Translations under genes and position numbers: made by a program
From: a virus
Lineage: Duplodnaviria > Caudoviricetes
Reading direction: 5' to 3' (one strand)
Length of the DNA stretch: 43,400 bases
Virus record (IMG/VR): IMGVR_UViG_3300049173_000065
Location: 1-43,400 of that record
Shown here: one piece after another, positions 28,092 to 36,925 of the stretch
Numbering within the stretch: the first letter of the stretch is position 1
How the letters are laid out: each line of letters opens with the position of its first letter
The notes under the pieces: generated by a model
The model's input: the letters and a program-made list of their open reading frames with translations, nothing else
Databases searched by the model: none
What the model was told of the DNA's origin: nothing

Positions 28092-29006
28092 TCAGCCGAC
28101 GAGGATTGCGGCGCCGTTGGGGTGCCCGTAGGCGAAGCCGCGGCGGGCGCGCATCTTCAGGATCGACTCGTCCGTCAGCGCGGACAGGCCGTCGCGTCCG
28201 TCGATGAACACGCTCTCGGGGCCCGAGCGGACGCCGAGGAGGAGGAGTTCCGGGTTGACGAACGCCATGATCGGACGCCCGCCCGGGGCCGAGGTGGCGA
28301 CCGGCGACGTCTTCGCGCCGAGGGACCAGCGGACCGGGACACCGAAGATGGTGTCCGGGGTGCCGGCGAGGCCCTCCAGGAAGATGGGCCGGTTCTGCGT
28401 GTCGAGGACGCCGCGCAGGCTCTTGCGGAATGCCGGGTTGGCGATCGCGACCATGCTGCCGGGGTCGAAGTAGTCGCCGGTCTCCACGGTGCCGATGGCG
28501 GTGGAGAATTCCGCGTAGGTCGGCGCGCCCGCAGTGGCCGCGGTGGTGATGTTGGTGTCGGCGGTGTAGCCGAGGGTCGCGTCCGTGGTGTGGAGCAGCG
28601 CGTACAGCGACGTGAACGGGATCGTGGTCCCGTTCTCGGCTGCGGTCACGGCGAGCGTGGCGTTGTCGAGGAACTTCGCGTAGGACTTGCCCCAGCCCAT
28701 CATCTTCGCGTTGAGGATGTTGGCGACGGAGTCGTCGATGTCCTCTTCGGCGATGCGGACGGCCTTGCCCATCTTGCGGGCCGTCAGGAGGACTTCGTCG
28801 TTGAGGGAGGTGTCCTCGCCGTAGGTGCCGCCCTTGGCGACGACGTCGACGCCCATGCCTGCGGTGCGGGGGACGTGCTTGGTGTCGGAGCCCATGTCGA
28901 TGCGGGATGCGAGGGCTTCGACCGCGGAGATCTGGTTGATGGACTGGATGACCTTGGAGGTCTCGTACTCCTCCGGAATCCAAGCTTCCATGGTGTTGCG
29001 GGTCAT
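28092..29006 (-). CDS. Major capsid protein (HK97 fold)
   Basis: WIPEE N-arm, LRGVLDTQNRPIF...PDTIFGVPV; follows the scaffold. Confidence 0.9.
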   Translation of the reverse strand: MTRNTMEAWIPEEYETSKVIQSINQISAVEALASRIDMGSDTKHVPRTAGMGVDVVAKGGTYGEDTSLNDEVLLTARKMGKAVRIAEEDIDDSVANILNAKMMGWGKSYAKFLDNATLAVTAAENGTTIPFTSLYALLHTTDATLGYTADTNITTAATAGAPTYAEFSTAIGTVETGDYFDPGSMVAIANPAFRKSLRGVLDTQNRPIFLEGLAGTPDTIFGVPVRWSLGAKTSPVATSAPGGRPIMAFVNPELLLLGVRSGPESVFIDGRDGLSALTDESILKMRARRGFAYGHPNGAAILVG

Positions 29007-29026
29007 GCTGGCCCTCCTGCGGGCGG

Positions 29027-29101
29027 CGTGATGGGGAAGCGGATCAGCGCGGCCCCATCACGGGCGCCTTCGCAAAAGGCGGTGTCGCTCCATCGCGGAG
29101 C
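29027..29101 (-). promoter_or_regulatory. Structured 5' leader of the capsid gene with two CC-GYGAU-GG hairpins
   Basis: mRNA GCTCC-GCGAT-GGAGC (29101-29087) and GCCC-GTGAT-GGGGC (29065-29052). Confidence 0.55.
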
Positions 29102-29133
29102 AATTCACCTGGTGATGAATATACCTGCGGGTG

Positions 29134-29763
29134 TCAAGCCTTGCCGAGGATCCGCTTCGCGTGGATCTCCGCCGTCGACCTCGGCTTCTCCGCAGCGGCC
29201 GGCTTCGGCGCACCCGTCGGCCGCACCTTCGGCTTCGGCTTCTCCTGCTGGAGGAACTCCGGGTACTCGCCCTTCACCCGGTCGACCTCTGCCTCGACGC
29301 CGACGAGGTCACCGTCGTCGTCCACGGACACGGCATCCCAGTCGACCAGCTTCATAAGGCGATCCGGGCCCGCGAACCCCGCCTCGATCAGCGCAGCCTT
29401 GACTCCAGCCCGCTTCATCGGTTCACGGAATCGCTTCTCGCCCTCCTCGCGCGCCTCGCGGAGTGCCTTCTCGTGTTCGGTCTCCCCGGCGCGCGCAGCC
29501 TCCTCCAGCTCCTTGCTGCGTAGCCGGTGCAGCTTCGCCTCGGCGCTGGCCTTCTTCAGCGCGGCCTGCGTCCGACGCCACTCGGCCTCCGACGGCGGCG
29601 CGAACGTCTCCAGCTCGGGGTCGTCCTTCTTCGCCGGCGGCTTCGGCTTCGGCGCTGTGTCCGGCTCGGTCTCCGGCTCGTTCTCGGTGCCGGTCTCCGT
29701 GTCGTCGGTGGTGTCGTCCACCTCGACTTCGATGTCCGACTCTTCGTTCTCGTGGATGCCCAT
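29134..29763 (-). CDS. Capsid scaffolding protein
   Basis: Acidic N-terminus, coiled coil, YPEFL motif, Pro/Lys-rich tail; GGAGGAG RBS. Confidence 0.85.
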   Translation of the reverse strand: MGIHENEESDIEVEVDDTTDDTETGTENEPETEPDTAPKPKPPAKKDDPELETFAPPSEAEWRRTQAALKKASAEAKLHRLRSKELEEAARAGETEHEKALREAREEGEKRFREPMKRAGVKAALIEAGFAGPDRLMKLVDWDAVSVDDDGDLVGVEAEVDRVKGEYPEFLQQEKPKPKVRPTGAPKPAAAEKPRSTAEIHAKRILGKA

Positions 29764-29772
29764 CGTGGTTTC

Positions 29773-29811
29773 TCCTCCATCGCGGGGGATTGCAGCGCCC
29801 ATCGCGGGCGC
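29773..29811 (-). promoter_or_regulatory. Two CC-GCGAU-GG hairpins in the scaffold leader, one containing the RBS
   Basis: mRNA GCGCCC-GCGAT-GGGCGC and TCCCCC-GCGAT-GGAGGA. Confidence 0.6.
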
Positions 29812-29817
29812 CGTGGT

Positions 29818-30834
29818 CTATGCGGCTGTCGTGAACTGGCCGGTGCGCAGTGCGGTGCGGGCGCGCGCTTCAACCGCGGGCAGCAGGTCAGGCTCGACAC
29901 GCAGCAGCTCCCGCACCGCACGCAGCCGGGCCGCCCTGGACTCCGACGGCCGGGCACGCCCGTAGGCGAGAGACCGGTGCGCCTCCCGTCGCAGCGCGAG
30001 CGGGAACGGGATGCCGGACGTCGTCCACGCGGTGTCCCAAGGCACGGTGCGGCAGCGGCAGTGAGCGTGCAACGGGGGACCATCCACGGCGGGCGCGCGC
30101 GCGGCGCGCTGCCGCGGGTCCCACGACAGGCCCCCGGGGAACGGCTGGTCGACAGGTGCCGTGCGGCCGGTGTAGGCGAGGCAGCGCACGCACGCATCCG
30201 CCTCCGACACCCATAGCCGGAGCGGGGCCGTCGCGCGCACGACCGCGTCCAGACCTTCGTGTACGGCGGTGTTGATGACCCAGGCGATGTGCGCGCGGAT
30301 CGCCGGGAGCGCAGCACGGGCGGCGCCGAGCCCGGCCAGCATGTGCGACCAGCGGGATACGCGGTCCGGATGCAGGAGGAACAGAGCGCGATCGCGGCGC
30401 TCGACGAGGAGGTCCCGGATACGGTTCGCCTCGTCTCGCAGGACGCGGCTCACGGACGGGACTGCGGGGGTACGGCGCCGGTGACCGGCTGCGGCCTGAA
30501 CGAAAGCGGCGCCTTGCCGAACGCCCATCGCCAGCGCCGGGCCGATACCGGCCGCGAGCGCGGAGGGTGCCCGGTCGGCGAGGCTGTCGAGGAGGTGGCG
30601 GGCGCCAGCGCGGGCAGCAGCGATGATGCGGCGAAGTGCTTCGCCGGTTGCGGCCGGCTGGTTGGGTCCGCCGAACGCCTTGGTCCAGGCGGCGAGGACG
30701 CGCCGGATGAGGTCCTCGAAGGCGCGGTCGCCGTCCCCGATGGCCTGCGTGGCGAGCTTCTGTTCCAGGCCGATGACTTCGCGGGTGTGGTCGTCTTGGA
30801 CGAGGCGGGCGAGGTCGTCGCTGCTGTACGGCAT
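29818..30834 (-). CDS. MuF-like minor head / capsid maturation protein
   Basis: ACVRC...PPLHAHCRC motif; between portal and scaffold. Confidence 0.8.
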   Translation of the reverse strand: MPYSSDDLARLVQDDHTREVIGLEQKLATQAIGDGDRAFEDLIRRVLAAWTKAFGGPNQPAATGEALRRIIAAARAGARHLLDSLADRAPSALAAGIGPALAMGVRQGAAFVQAAAGHRRRTPAVPSVSRVLRDEANRIRDLLVERRDRALFLLHPDRVSRWSHMLAGLGAARAALPAIRAHIAWVINTAVHEGLDAVVRATAPLRLWVSEADACVRCLAYTGRTAPVDQPFPGGLSWDPRQRAARAPAVDGPPLHAHCRCRTVPWDTAWTTSGIPFPLALRREAHRSLAYGRARPSESRAARLRAVRELLRVEPDLLPAVEARARTALRTGQFTTAA

Positions 30835-32369
30835 CAGCCCTCTTCCTGCGCGTTCGCGATGAGTTCGAGGTCGTCGATCGCCCCGGCCATCAGCGCAGTG
30901 ACCTGCTCGCTGGTGACCGCACCCAGCGCCGCCGCGCTCCCGAGCTTCTGCGCGGAGTCGGCGAGGGAGGCGAGGATGTCGACGCGGCGCTGGAGCTCGG
31001 AGTCATCGACCCCGGTCAGCCACTCATCAACTTGCTCTGCCCGATACCCGGCCTCCATGAGCGCCTGCCGTCGCGGCACGCCTGCGCGAATCTTCTCGTT
31101 GACGGTCTGCCAGCCCTCAGCGGTCGACACCGACCGGGCCGGTACCCAGTCCACGGTGACGACCGGGTCGACGATGCCGAGGCGGCGCAGCGCGAACACG
31201 AACGCGGCGTGTGCTTCGGCGCCGTAACCGGTCTGCCGGTCCTCGACCTTGCTGACGAACGGGCTGTCCTCCTCCTGATATGACACCCCGGAGCGCTGGG
31301 CAGAGGACTGCGGGTCGAACATTCGCAGCGGCGTGTCCGTGATCTGGGCCATCGCCCGTACGTTGAACTGGATCGGGCCGAGGAAAACTTCCGGGTCCGC
31401 AGGGTCGAACTGGCCGACGCTCTTGTAGCCGCGCAGCAGCCACATCTCGCCCGGGCCCGCCTTGAGGGAGCTGTCGTCGCCGGAGTCGCTGGGGCCGGCG
31501 CCGTTGTCGTTGGGCGGCCAGTCCCCGTCGTCGAAGTCGCCGGGCTCCAGATCAGAGGTGTCTGTGCTGGCGGTTTCGGTCAGCGCGTACCGCTGCGGGG
31601 CGCCCTGGTAGTCGACCGTACCCATGTGGGTGGCCTGCAGCTTCGTGATCGCGTTCTGCGGGCCGTACGCCCCGAAGTGTTCCGGCACCCCGTACGGGCG
31701 GTCGGTGCGGAAGTGGAAGACGGGCTGCTCGCCCCAGTCGTGGTCGATGATCCACGACTCGGGGTCCTCGCCATCGGCGGGCCAGTGCAGCCAGTCGTTC
31801 GGCTTGTCGCCCTCCGAGTCTTTGCCGGTGGTCCAGCGTTCGACGCGATCGTCGTAGTACAACTCGACGCGGTGGTACGGCCCGTCGCACCACTTCTTGA
31901 TCGTGTACGCCTTGCGGCGCGGATTGTCCTCGGCGTAGATGACGCGGACAGTCTGCGGGGAGTTGTAGAACATCTCGACCCGCACGACCTGCTCGCCGTC
32001 GTACACGGGCAGCACGATCAGGTAGGCGTCGCCGTACTCTCCGGCGCGGCGGAACAGGTTCTTCATCTCCAGGTTGAGCTGATTGTCCTGCCAGATCTTG
32101 GAGATGAGGGTGTTCGTTGCCTCGTCGGGGCTGGTGACCGATGCGATCTTCAAACGATTGGTGACCGCGTTGACCGGGGTCTTCGCGAAGTTGAGGTCGA
32201 AGTCGATGTGGTGTGCGGCGAGGGCGCGGCGCAGGCGGACCGAGGTGAACACCTCGGGGACCTTGCCCTCGAAGTAGACCTGGGCCTGGTCGTATCCGGG
32301 CCGTGCTTTCTGCAGCTCGGCGATGCCGTACATGAGATCGGCGCGCGGATCGACCTGCTCGTCATCCAA
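30834..32369 (-). CDS. Portal protein (SPP1-like)
   Basis: Position after terL; NFAKTPV, YGDAYLIV, PVFHF motifs; GGGAGG RBS before TTG 32369. Confidence 0.88.
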   Translation of the reverse strand: MDDEQVDPRADLMYGIAELQKARPGYDQAQVYFEGKVPEVFTSVRLRRALAAHHIDFDLNFAKTPVNAVTNRLKIASVTSPDEATNTLISKIWQDNQLNLEMKNLFRRAGEYGDAYLIVLPVYDGEQVVRVEMFYNSPQTVRVIYAEDNPRRKAYTIKKWCDGPYHRVELYYDDRVERWTTGKDSEGDKPNDWLHWPADGEDPESWIIDHDWGEQPVFHFRTDRPYGVPEHFGAYGPQNAITKLQATHMGTVDYQGAPQRYALTETASTDTSDLEPGDFDDGDWPPNDNGAGPSDSGDDSSLKAGPGEMWLLRGYKSVGQFDPADPEVFLGPIQFNVRAMAQITDTPLRMFDPQSSAQRSGVSYQEEDSPFVSKVEDRQTGYGAEAHAAFVFALRRLGIVDPVVTVDWVPARSVSTAEGWQTVNEKIRAGVPRRQALMEAGYRAEQVDEWLTGVDDSELQRRVDILASLADSAQKLGSAAALGAVTSEQVTALMAGAIDDLELIANAQEEG

Positions 32370-32470
32370 TGCGGACCTCCCAGCCGTGACCTTTGGATCG
32401 AAGGATAGACCGCCACCCGGGCGGCTACATAGCGGCATCGGCCGTTGACTCAGCCTTCGAATCGTTCGCG

Positions 32471-34024
32471 TCACAGATATGGGGCCGACTCCGCCTTTGG
32501 AGTCGCCTGCCTCTTCGTCACCGGAATGAACCGCCGGATCGCCGAACCTGTCGCGTCGACCATGTCGTCGAACGGGCCCTTCGGGAACGTGCACATCTGC
32601 TGCTCCAACTCGGGCAGCTTCCGTGCATGCAGCACCCGGCCGCGCTGATAGTGGTTCAGGACGCCTTCCGCGCGCGTGAACTTCGGCTCCGTCTGCGACA
32701 CCGGCTTCACCTTCACCGGCATGTCGTGCAACACCGACTTCCACGTGTCGTGCCCCTGGTTGACCTCCAGCAGGATCAGCCCGATCTGCGGAAACTCGTC
32801 CAGGATCGCCAGCACCCGCTCCCGCAACAGCGGCCCCGGCGGCAGGCGCAGCGCCCACGCCGCGTGCACCGTGCACCGACGCCGCTGCGCCGACCACGAC
32901 ACCACCGCCAGCCCCGTGAAGTCGCTGCTCTTCTTCGCGGTGACCGCAGGGTCGATGCTGAGCATCATGTGCGTGACCGGGTCCGGGCCCTCATCCGGCG
33001 CCGGATAGCGGAAGTCCTCCGGCGACCAGAGTGCGCCATCCGCCGCGAGCGGATCGTTCGCCATGTTCTTGGCGTACGAGCGCGTGTGCCGAATCTCCAG
33101 CAGGTATCCGATCGGCCACTTCGCCGGCCACATCGACCGCTCGGTACCGTCCGGGCGTTCCACGATCGGCGGCGAGTAGTGGGCGCGGACGCTCTCCTCG
33201 CTGATCCAGTCCTCGGCCTTGATGCCGCGCGCGGCCCGGACCAGCTGGTGGATGATGCTGCCCGGCATGGTGACGGTCCCGCAGATCACGACGCGGGCGT
33301 AGATGTTCAGCGGGAGGATCGCGTCGATCAGCGTCGTCTTCCGCTTCGCCGCCAACTCGGCGCTGTAGCTGCTCTCGTCGGGCTCAATGTCGTCGCACAA
33401 TATGAGGTCGGGGCGTTTCTGCTCGACCTTCATGCCGAGGCTGGAGCTGTCGATGCCGCGGGCCGCGAAGATGAACCCGGACTTCGCGACGTACATGTTC
33501 TGTGTGTCCGCGACGGACGCTCCGGACGGCCGCTTCGCTGGCGCGCACAGGTCGGGAAAGTCTCGGCGGACGAGGGCGTTGTTGTCGATCTCCCGCTTGA
33601 ACGTACTGAGATGAGTTTCGGCCTGGGTGGCGGAGGCGGCGAACGCGGCGGCGAACTCGACATGCCCGTGCGCGGCAGCCCACAGCGGGAGGATCAGAAA
33701 CCACCATGTCGACTTACCGGTATTTCGGGGGGCGATCCACGCATCCCGTTCCTCTGCCGGCCCGGACGGCGGCCGCACCCATCGGCGGCCGGCGCGGCAC
33801 CAGTCGAGGTGCGCGTCGCCGAACGTGATGTGGCCTTGGGCGTCGCGAAGGTGGTGGCGAAGGTAGACGAGGCCGAAGAGGAGGGGGTCGAGTCTGGTGA
33901 GGAGGCGTCGGCCTTCGGGCTCGGCAAGGAGACGGGCGTTGAATTGTGCGAGGTAGGCGTCGAGGTCGAAGGTTTCGGCGTCCTGCCCTTCGAGGTAGGG
34001 GCGCGCGCGGACTGCGGTCTCCAT
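32471..34024 (-). CDS. terL: Terminase large subunit
   Basis: Walker A APRNTGKST, Walker B ILCDDIE, nuclease SIDPA and DDMVDA. Confidence 0.92.
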   Translation of the reverse strand: METAVRARPYLEGQDAETFDLDAYLAQFNARLLAEPEGRRLLTRLDPLLFGLVYLRHHLRDAQGHITFGDAHLDWCRAGRRWVRPPSGPAEERDAWIAPRNTGKSTWWFLILPLWAAAHGHVEFAAAFAASATQAETHLSTFKREIDNNALVRRDFPDLCAPAKRPSGASVADTQNMYVAKSGFIFAARGIDSSSLGMKVEQKRPDLILCDDIEPDESSYSAELAAKRKTTLIDAILPLNIYARVVICGTVTMPGSIIHQLVRAARGIKAEDWISEESVRAHYSPPIVERPDGTERSMWPAKWPIGYLLEIRHTRSYAKNMANDPLAADGALWSPEDFRYPAPDEGPDPVTHMMLSIDPAVTAKKSSDFTGLAVVSWSAQRRRCTVHAAWALRLPPGPLLRERVLAILDEFPQIGLILLEVNQGHDTWKSVLHDMPVKVKPVSQTEPKFTRAEGVLNHYQRGRVLHARKLPELEQQMCTFPKGPFDDMVDATGSAIRRFIPVTKRQATPKAESAPYL

Positions 34025-34026
34025 CG

Positions 34027-34635
34027 TCAGCCGGTGCTGTTCTCGCCGCTGTCGAGGATCTGCTGCTCCTCGGCGTGCATCTTGGCCTTGGCCTCGCCGA
34101 GCATCTCCTGGAGCTCGATGTCCTGCTGGGTGACCTCGGTGATGGTGGCGTCGATCCGTGCGGGCTGCTTCAGCCCGTGCAGGTCTTGGTAGGCCTTGCG
34201 GACGTCGAGGGCGAGGCGGATCGCGGCCAGCTTGGGGCCGTCGTCCTTGAGTGGCTCTTCCTGCTGTGTCTCCGGGTTGAGCCACATGATGACCCTGCCG
34301 TGGGAGACGGTGACGTGGCTGCGCTGGAGGATGGCGCACGCCTCGGTGTAGAGGGCGTCCAGTTCCTCGGACTCCGTCGCGATCAGCTTTTTGATGGCCG
34401 GCCGGGCGACGTCTGCTTTCGCGCGGAGGATCGCGAGGCGGGCTTCGCTTTTGTCGTAGTAGCCAAAGATCTCCGCCAGTTCCCGGTAGCTGATCTTGGG
34501 ATGGTCGGCCTGGTACTGGGCGCAGGCGGCGTCGCGGCGGACGGAGCTCATCGTGCGGGTGAAGCGGCCTCGGTTGTCGCGGTCGCGCTGGTAGTCCGCG
34601 GGGAGACCGAATTCCGTCTCGGTGCTGTCTGGCAT
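34027..34635 (-). CDS. terS: Terminase small subunit (HTH-containing)
   Basis: Directly upstream of terL; SYRELAEIFGY HTH-like segment; AAGGAGGT RBS. Confidence 0.7.
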   Translation of the reverse strand: MPDSTETEFGLPADYQRDRDNRGRFTRTMSSVRRDAACAQYQADHPKISYRELAEIFGYYDKSEARLAILRAKADVARPAIKKLIATESEELDALYTEACAILQRSHVTVSHGRVIMWLNPETQQEEPLKDDGPKLAAIRLALDVRKAYQDLHGLKQPARIDATITEVTQQDIELQEMLGEAKAKMHAEEQQILDSGENSTG

Positions 34636-34725
34636 GGTGGGTACCTCCTTAGCCCTGTACCTTTGAATCGTAGGTCAAGGTGCATCGTGAGGCTTCGATT
34701 CGTTCCCGTAATGGTGGTGAGGGTG

Positions 34726-34923
34726 ATGGTCTCCGACCGAGGCGGACGCGCCGGATTCGTCTACGTCAGCCGCCAGAACGTGTACCGAGCGCTCCGCAGG
34801 CAGGGCGCGTCGAAGTCGAAGGCCGCGCGGATCAGCAACGCAGGCCGTACACGCGTGCAGCGCAGCGCGATGGCCCGCAAAGCGGCCCGCACCCGTCAGG
34901 TGCGTGGCCGGAAGCGTCGCTGA
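34726..34923 (+). CDS. Small very basic protein (YRALRRQGASKSKAARISNA)
   Basis: 65 aa, Arg/Lys-rich, GAGGGTG RBS, followed by a strong hairpin. Confidence 0.75.
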   Translation: MVSDRGGRAGFVYVSRQNVYRALRRQGASKSKAARISNAGRTRVQRSAMARKAARTRQVRGRKRR

Positions 34924-34939
34924 GGGGCGACGGCGAGGA

Positions 34940-34973
34940 CGGGACCCCGGGGCTGGGCGGCTCCGGGGTCCCG
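34940..34973. terminator. GC-rich stem-loop terminator
   Basis: CGGGACCCCGG ... CCGGGGTCCCG, 11-bp perfect stem. Confidence 0.65.
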
Positions 34974-35079
34974 CTCGTTCGAGGTTCTCGTCTTGCGAAC
35001 GAGCCCCGGCTGTCGGTGGCCGGCGGTAGCATCCCCGCACTGCGCACTGGGGAGTGCGCGTTTCTGATTGGGGGGTGTG

Positions 35080-35283
35080 ATGGCTGGTGGCTGTCGGGAT
35101 TGCCGGACGTGTACGCAGCCGGGGATCGTGCGGATGATGCAGGACTGGACGGTCGGGTTCATGCACCTGTCCACGGCCGGTATCAGTTGGATGGTGAAGC
35201 GGGGGGCGGCGTCGCATTGTCCGCAGTGCAAGCACCTTCGGTCGCGGCACCGGACTCGGGCTGACGGCTCGTACATCGACTGA
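35080..35283 (+). CDS. Small Cys-rich hypothetical protein (CxxCxxC ... CPQC.H...H)
   Basis: GGGGGGTG RBS; Zn-binding-like motifs around a hydrophobic core. Confidence 0.65.
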   Translation: MAGGCRDCRTCTQPGIVRMMQDWTVGFMHLSTAGISWMVKRGAASHCPQCKHLRSRHRTRADGSYID

Positions 35284-35393
35284 TCGCAGACACGCCAGCG
35301 AGCCCACTTCGTGTCGGTGTGGGCTCTCCGGCATGCGCAAGGTCAGGCGGTGGTGTCGGGTTCCCAGCCGATGGCTTCGACTCCGGAGGCGCA

Positions 35394-35945
35394 TCAGATC
35401 TCCTCGGGGAACTCGATGAGCTTCACCGGGTACGGGCCATTGCGGTCAGGGTCGATCCGATCGGTGACGTCGTCCCAGCCCTCGCGCCAGTCGTTGTTGA
35501 ACAGACCCTCGTTGTCCGCCGCCGCGCGCACCATCTGCACGTCGTCGACGGTCTGGCCGATGGCGTGCTCGCCGATGGTCTGCTGAAACCTCAGGTACGC
35601 GTCCTCTGTGAGGATCGTCCGGAGATGGGCGTCGATCTCGGCGGGCGTTTCGAGGCGGGCGGGCTGCTCGGTCATGCGGTAATCCTTTCGCGGGCGGGCG
35701 GGGGGGGTGGCGGGCTCGGTCGGCGGAAGCGGCTCCACGGTTTGCGTGACGCCGATCTCTGCCATCTGTGCGTTGGTGGCGAGGTAGACGGTGCCGCCCT
35801 GCTCGCAGCGGAAATGGAGGACGCCGGGCACGCCGCCGATGGTGAGGACGTCGAGGACGAGGCCGGTCATGACGCCGACGCGGGTGTAGTTGCCGGGGGT
35901 GCGGCGGACGAGGATACGGTCGCCGGCGGTCGGGGTGTAGGTCAT
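35394..35945 (-). CDS. Hypothetical protein; probably two genes read as one (second starts at ATG 35675)
   Basis: AGGAG RBS at the start; internal GAAAGGA RBS before ATG 35675 after a low-complexity linker. Confidence 0.65.
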   Translation of the reverse strand: MTYTPTAGDRILVRRTPGNYTRVGVMTGLVLDVLTIGGVPGVLHFRCEQGGTVYLATNAQMAEIGVTQTVEPLPPTEPATPPARPRKDYRMTEQPARLETPAEIDAHLRTILTEDAYLRFQQTIGEHAIGQTVDDVQMVRAAADNEGLFNNDWREGWDDVTDRIDPDRNGPYPVKLIEFPEEI

Positions 35946-36015
35946 GGCGGGCTCCTAGGCGGCGAGGGCGTCTGCGAGCAGTTGGACGCGGGCGGTGGCG
36001 GGGCAGTCGACGGGG

Positions 36016-36318
36016 TCAGGCCGCGAGCGCGCGGAGTCGGTTGGCGTACTCGGCGACGGTCCCGGTGACGGGCGGCAGCATGAGGTACACGGTGATGCGT
36101 GCCGCGTCGATGCGGCTGCAGCCGACGAGCCGGTTGCGGCGGAGGAGGGTGTCGGAGGCGGTGGCAATCGCCGCCCTCACGGTGCCGATGGAGGCGCAGC
36201 GGGGGGCCTGATAGCCGCCGACGGGGTGGGTGAAGGCGGCGCGCTGGTCGAGCCCGTCGGCGGCGAGAGTGAGGATCTCGACGGTGAGGCTGGCAACGGC
36301 GCGGTCGATGGTGGCCAT
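36016..36318 (-). CDS. Hypothetical protein
   Basis: AGGAG RBS; co-directional with neighbours. Confidence 0.6.
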   Translation of the reverse strand: MATIDRAVASLTVEILTLAADGLDQRAAFTHPVGGYQAPRCASIGTVRAAIATASDTLLRRNRLVGCSRIDAARITVYLMLPPVTGTVAEYANRLRALAA

Positions 36319-36375
36319 GGCTGACTCCTGGCGGCTGGTGCGGGTGGTGGTCGTCTGCTGCGTCGTGGAGTTGGT

Positions 36376-36759
36376 CTATGCGCACCTCGCGTACATGTCG
36401 GCGAGGAGGTGACGGGTGGCCTTGTAGGAGTGGAGACCCTCGTACAGGGCGTCGTCGACGGGGCCGAAGACGTTGACGTGGATCCAGCGTCCGGTGGTGC
36501 GGTGCTGCGCCCACACCTTGAGGGGCTCGCTGCCAGTCGCCTTGCGGTAGGCCTTCGCCGCATGCCGACCGAACCAGCTCTGCTGCCCGTCGGGGAGGTC
36601 GCCGCCGCCGACGCGGGCGAGGAAGTCACCGGTGCGGATGAGCCGGCCGGTCTCGACGAGCGCGGCCACGATGCCGGAGAGGGTGCGGTAGCCGAGGGCG
36701 CGGCTGGTCTTCACGGCGGCGTGGAGGGTGTTGCGGCGGGTGCGGGTGGCGGCGTTCAT
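36376..36759 (-). CDS. Hypothetical basic protein, possibly DNA-binding
   Basis: GGGGA RBS, own promoter; FGRHAAKAYRKATGSEP...VNVF segment reminiscent of actinophage antirepressor C-terminal regions. Confidence 0.65.
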   Translation of the reverse strand: MNAATRTRRNTLHAAVKTSRALGYRTLSGIVAALVETGRLIRTGDFLARVGGGDLPDGQQSWFGRHAAKAYRKATGSEPLKVWAQHRTTGRWIHVNVFGPVDDALYEGLHSYKATRHLLADMYARCA

Positions 36760-36786
36760 CTCGACTGATCCCCCTGCTGTGGTGCG

Positions 36787-36865
36787 GTTTCTGTAATACG
36801 AGAATGCCCTACCGAGCTGCCGCTGTCAACGCTTCCGCGCAGATGGGTGCTAGTTTCTGTATTAC
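36787..36865 (-). promoter_or_regulatory. Housekeeping-sigma-type promoter with flanking operator repeats (copy 1)
   Basis: TTGACA (36829-36824), 17 bp, CATTCT (36806-36801); GTTTCTGTAATAC at 36787 and GTTTCTGTATTAC at 36853. Confidence 0.75.
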
Positions 36866-36925
36866 GCCCCACACGGAAGAGTCCCGGCCGCTTCCGCAAG
36901 CCGGGGCGTCGCCTCGTCTGATCGC

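Noticed and set aside
30834-34339. Long N-terminal extensions of portal (to 32897) and terL (to 34339) in the ORF track
   Set aside because: They overlap upstream genes; better starts are TTG 32369 (with RBS) and ATG 34024
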